The notes under the pieces: model-generated
What the model saw: the letters and a program-made list of their open reading frames with translations, nothing else
The model's database searches: none
Told to the model about the DNA's origin: nothing
Source: an uncultured Desulfatitalea sp.
GTDB lineage: Bacteria; Desulfobacterota; Desulfobacteria; Desulfobacterales; Desulfosarcinaceae
Length of the DNA stretch: 64,000 nt
Direction: 5' to 3'
Assembly (NCBI GenBank): GCA_963668675.2
Contig: CAXXMB010000002.1
Coordinates: 2,784,001-2,848,000, forward strand
Shown: in pieces, positions 62,295 to 64,000 of the stretch
Position numbering within the stretch: the stretch's first letter is position 1
How the letters are laid out: each line of letters begins with the position of its first letter
Made by a program: the position numbers and the translations under genes

Positions 62295-62670
62295 GTGCAT
62301 TTCCCGACACCTGACGGGATAAAATGGTCCGATATAAAAATCCAGTTCAGGAACGGACACACGGTTACGATTTGGGCGGGCGGCCAAATCGGGCGGTATA
62401 CGTATTACCAAATGGGCATGTACAGCAAGAAAAATGGTGACCGCACTGTACAGTGGAAGCTCCTCCTGGACTTCGCTGAAAACCGCGGAGAGATTGACAA
62501 AAACAGCCGCAAAGAGACCCCATACCATTTCTTAAAAAAAAAAGCAGGAACTGTCGAAGTGCTTGCGGGACTTTTTTCGCCTTGACGGTGAGCCCATCGA
62601 ATGGATCAAGGGTGAAAAGTGTTATCGTTGCCGGTTCCGAATCTTCCCTGAAGGAGCCGACGAGTATTGA
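62295..62670 (+). pseudogene. Mobile-element hypothetical protein fragment, frameshifted at an A10 run
   Basis: FPTPDGIKWSDI... continues in another frame after the poly-A at 62534-62543 as KQELSKCLRDFF...YRCRFRI. Confidence 0.45.
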
Positions 62671-62982
62671 GTATTCCCTGCCGGGAAATCCACATTAATC
62701 CCACTTCTCAGGTCCTGCGAGGGACTTTGGGTTCGAAAATTCGGGTGCTTTATCACACCACAGGCCGTGTTTCCATAACTCCCCAAACAGGCCGATTGGC
62801 TTAAGTTATTGATATAAAGGAGATTGACTAATCGGACGAGCTTCAGACTTCGTCCTGAGAAAACAGAGAATCAGAGGTCGAACAGAGAATGAAAGGCTGG
62901 AGAATGGTGGAAACGAGGCGGGTGGATAGGGCTCCCTCGTCGATGTGAAAATCGCCCAAACCATTTGAAAATAAGGGAAAAT

Positions 62983-63026
62983 AAAAAACCCGTCGCCCCC
63001 GGAAGTGGTCCCGGAGAGACGGGTTT
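62983..63026 (-). terminator. Rho-independent terminator downstream of the tmRNA 3' fragment
   Basis: AAACCCGTC...GACGGGTTT stem followed by a T-run on the minus strand. Confidence 0.7.
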
Positions 63027-63038
63027 GTCTTTTCTAAA

Positions 63039-63065
63039 TGGTGGAGGCGGCGGGAGTCGAACCCG
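63039..63065 (-). ncRNA. ssrA: 3' fragment of tmRNA (T-arm + acceptor strand + CCA); att site, not a full gene
   Basis: CGGGTTCGACTCCCGCCGCCTCCACCA; upstream sequence is not tRNA/tmRNA-like. Confidence 0.75.
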
Positions 63066-63386
63066 AGCAATACGCCTGTAAAAACTGTAAAATCAGATCG
63101 TTATATTTTTGCTGAACAACAAGCGAACAACATTTTAATCAATTTCCATATTAGACTATCCGTCTCGCCAATCAATTCATAGCATACCCGACGCACACAT
63201 GTTCGTCTAAAACAAGGCACACTGATTGTTGTAGAACTTTTCTTGTTGAGGTTCTGGATAGAGAATGCCGATTGCATCCATTTTTCAATTAGATCTAATG
63301 CAAGCTATCAATATGCCGATATATTCATTAGAATACAGCGCCATTGTCAATCAACCCCCCCCAACTGTCCATGAGGATTAATGACC

Positions 63387-64000
63387 ATGACAACTCAATG
63401 GAAACCGTCTGAAATAATCATTGACCGACGCGCAGAGAATGACCCGGCAACACATTTTATCCTTAGCAATTGCCCATCCGTTCCCGTAAAATTCGTAACA
63501 AGCGCCAAATCCAATTCGGTAGTGGCAGCTTCAAATGTTCTCGCGAATTCGGGCGACAGCATGCTTGAGAAAATCATCGCAGGAAAAAATGTCTTGTTTG
63601 TGGCACCGGCGTCCAACAGCACCGTTGATACTTTCACAATGCCGGATGAAAGAATCCTTTGCCCCCATTTTGATCGTGTTAAATTTGCCTCCAACGGTTG
63701 TTTTTATCAATGTGACTGGTGTTATTTGAAGCTCACTTATCGCGCATCGAGACCATTTATCACCGTCTACGCAAATTTTGACTCTATCGCTGAAAAGTTG
63801 AAAAAACGACTTTCGCAGGCACAGGGACCGGTCATTTTCAATAGTGGTGAAATGGCTGATTCGCTGGCTTTGGAGCATATAACGGGCGCCGCGAGGTATT
63901 TTATACCCTGGTTCGGCAGGGCGGATAATGGATATATGTTCATGCTTACCAAGAGCGACAACGTTGATGACATCCTTGATCTGGATCACAATGGCCACAC
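63387..64000 (+). CDS. Spore photoproduct lyase-like radical SAM protein (runs off the window; not in the ORF track)
   Basis: Open frame MTTQWKP...NGCFYQCDWCYL (CxxxCxxC)...FNSGEMADSLALE...LTKSDNVD; GAGGA RBS. Confidence 0.85.
   Translation, partial: MTTQWKPSEIIIDRRAENDPATHFILSNCPSVPVKFVTSAKSNSVVAASNVLANSGDSMLEKIIAGKNVLFVAPASNSTVDTFTMPDERILCPHFDRVKFASNGCFYQCDWCYLKLTYRASRPFITVYANFDSIAEKLKKRLSQAQGPVIFNSGEMADSLALEHITGAARYFIPWFGRADNGYMFMLTKSDNVDDILDLDHNGH

Overview
This looks like a chromosomal window from an anaerobic deltaproteobacterium, probably Desulfobacterales-like (inferred from gene content, not proven). Bases 1-46 kb hold accessory metabolic, redox and secreted-protein genes. These include an FG-GAP protein, SDRs, a carboxyltransferase, an operon with a papain-like lipoprotein and a gingipain-family (C25) protease, a VWA protein, katG-perR-selO, an ECF sigma factor with CBM48 partners, and an MMPL transporter coupled to a CrtC/AttH-like + polyprenyl synthase fusion. 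An IS3 element interrupts uup, and there are three copies of a REP/MITE-like palindrome. From ~46 kb the window is a decayed series of genomic islands bounded by tmRNA (ssrA) 3'-end fragments. It carries a doubly inactivated AbiE toxin-antitoxin pair, a primase-helicase-PLD gene, fic, an hsdR remnant and an expanded arsenic/thiol-redox operon. That operon hides two ORFs with in-frame UGA at conserved Cys positions (candidate selenoproteins) that the ORF track misses. An SPL-like radical SAM gene runs off the right end. No CRISPR array, rRNA or full tRNA was seen. All family calls come from motif recognition by eye; no database searches were run.
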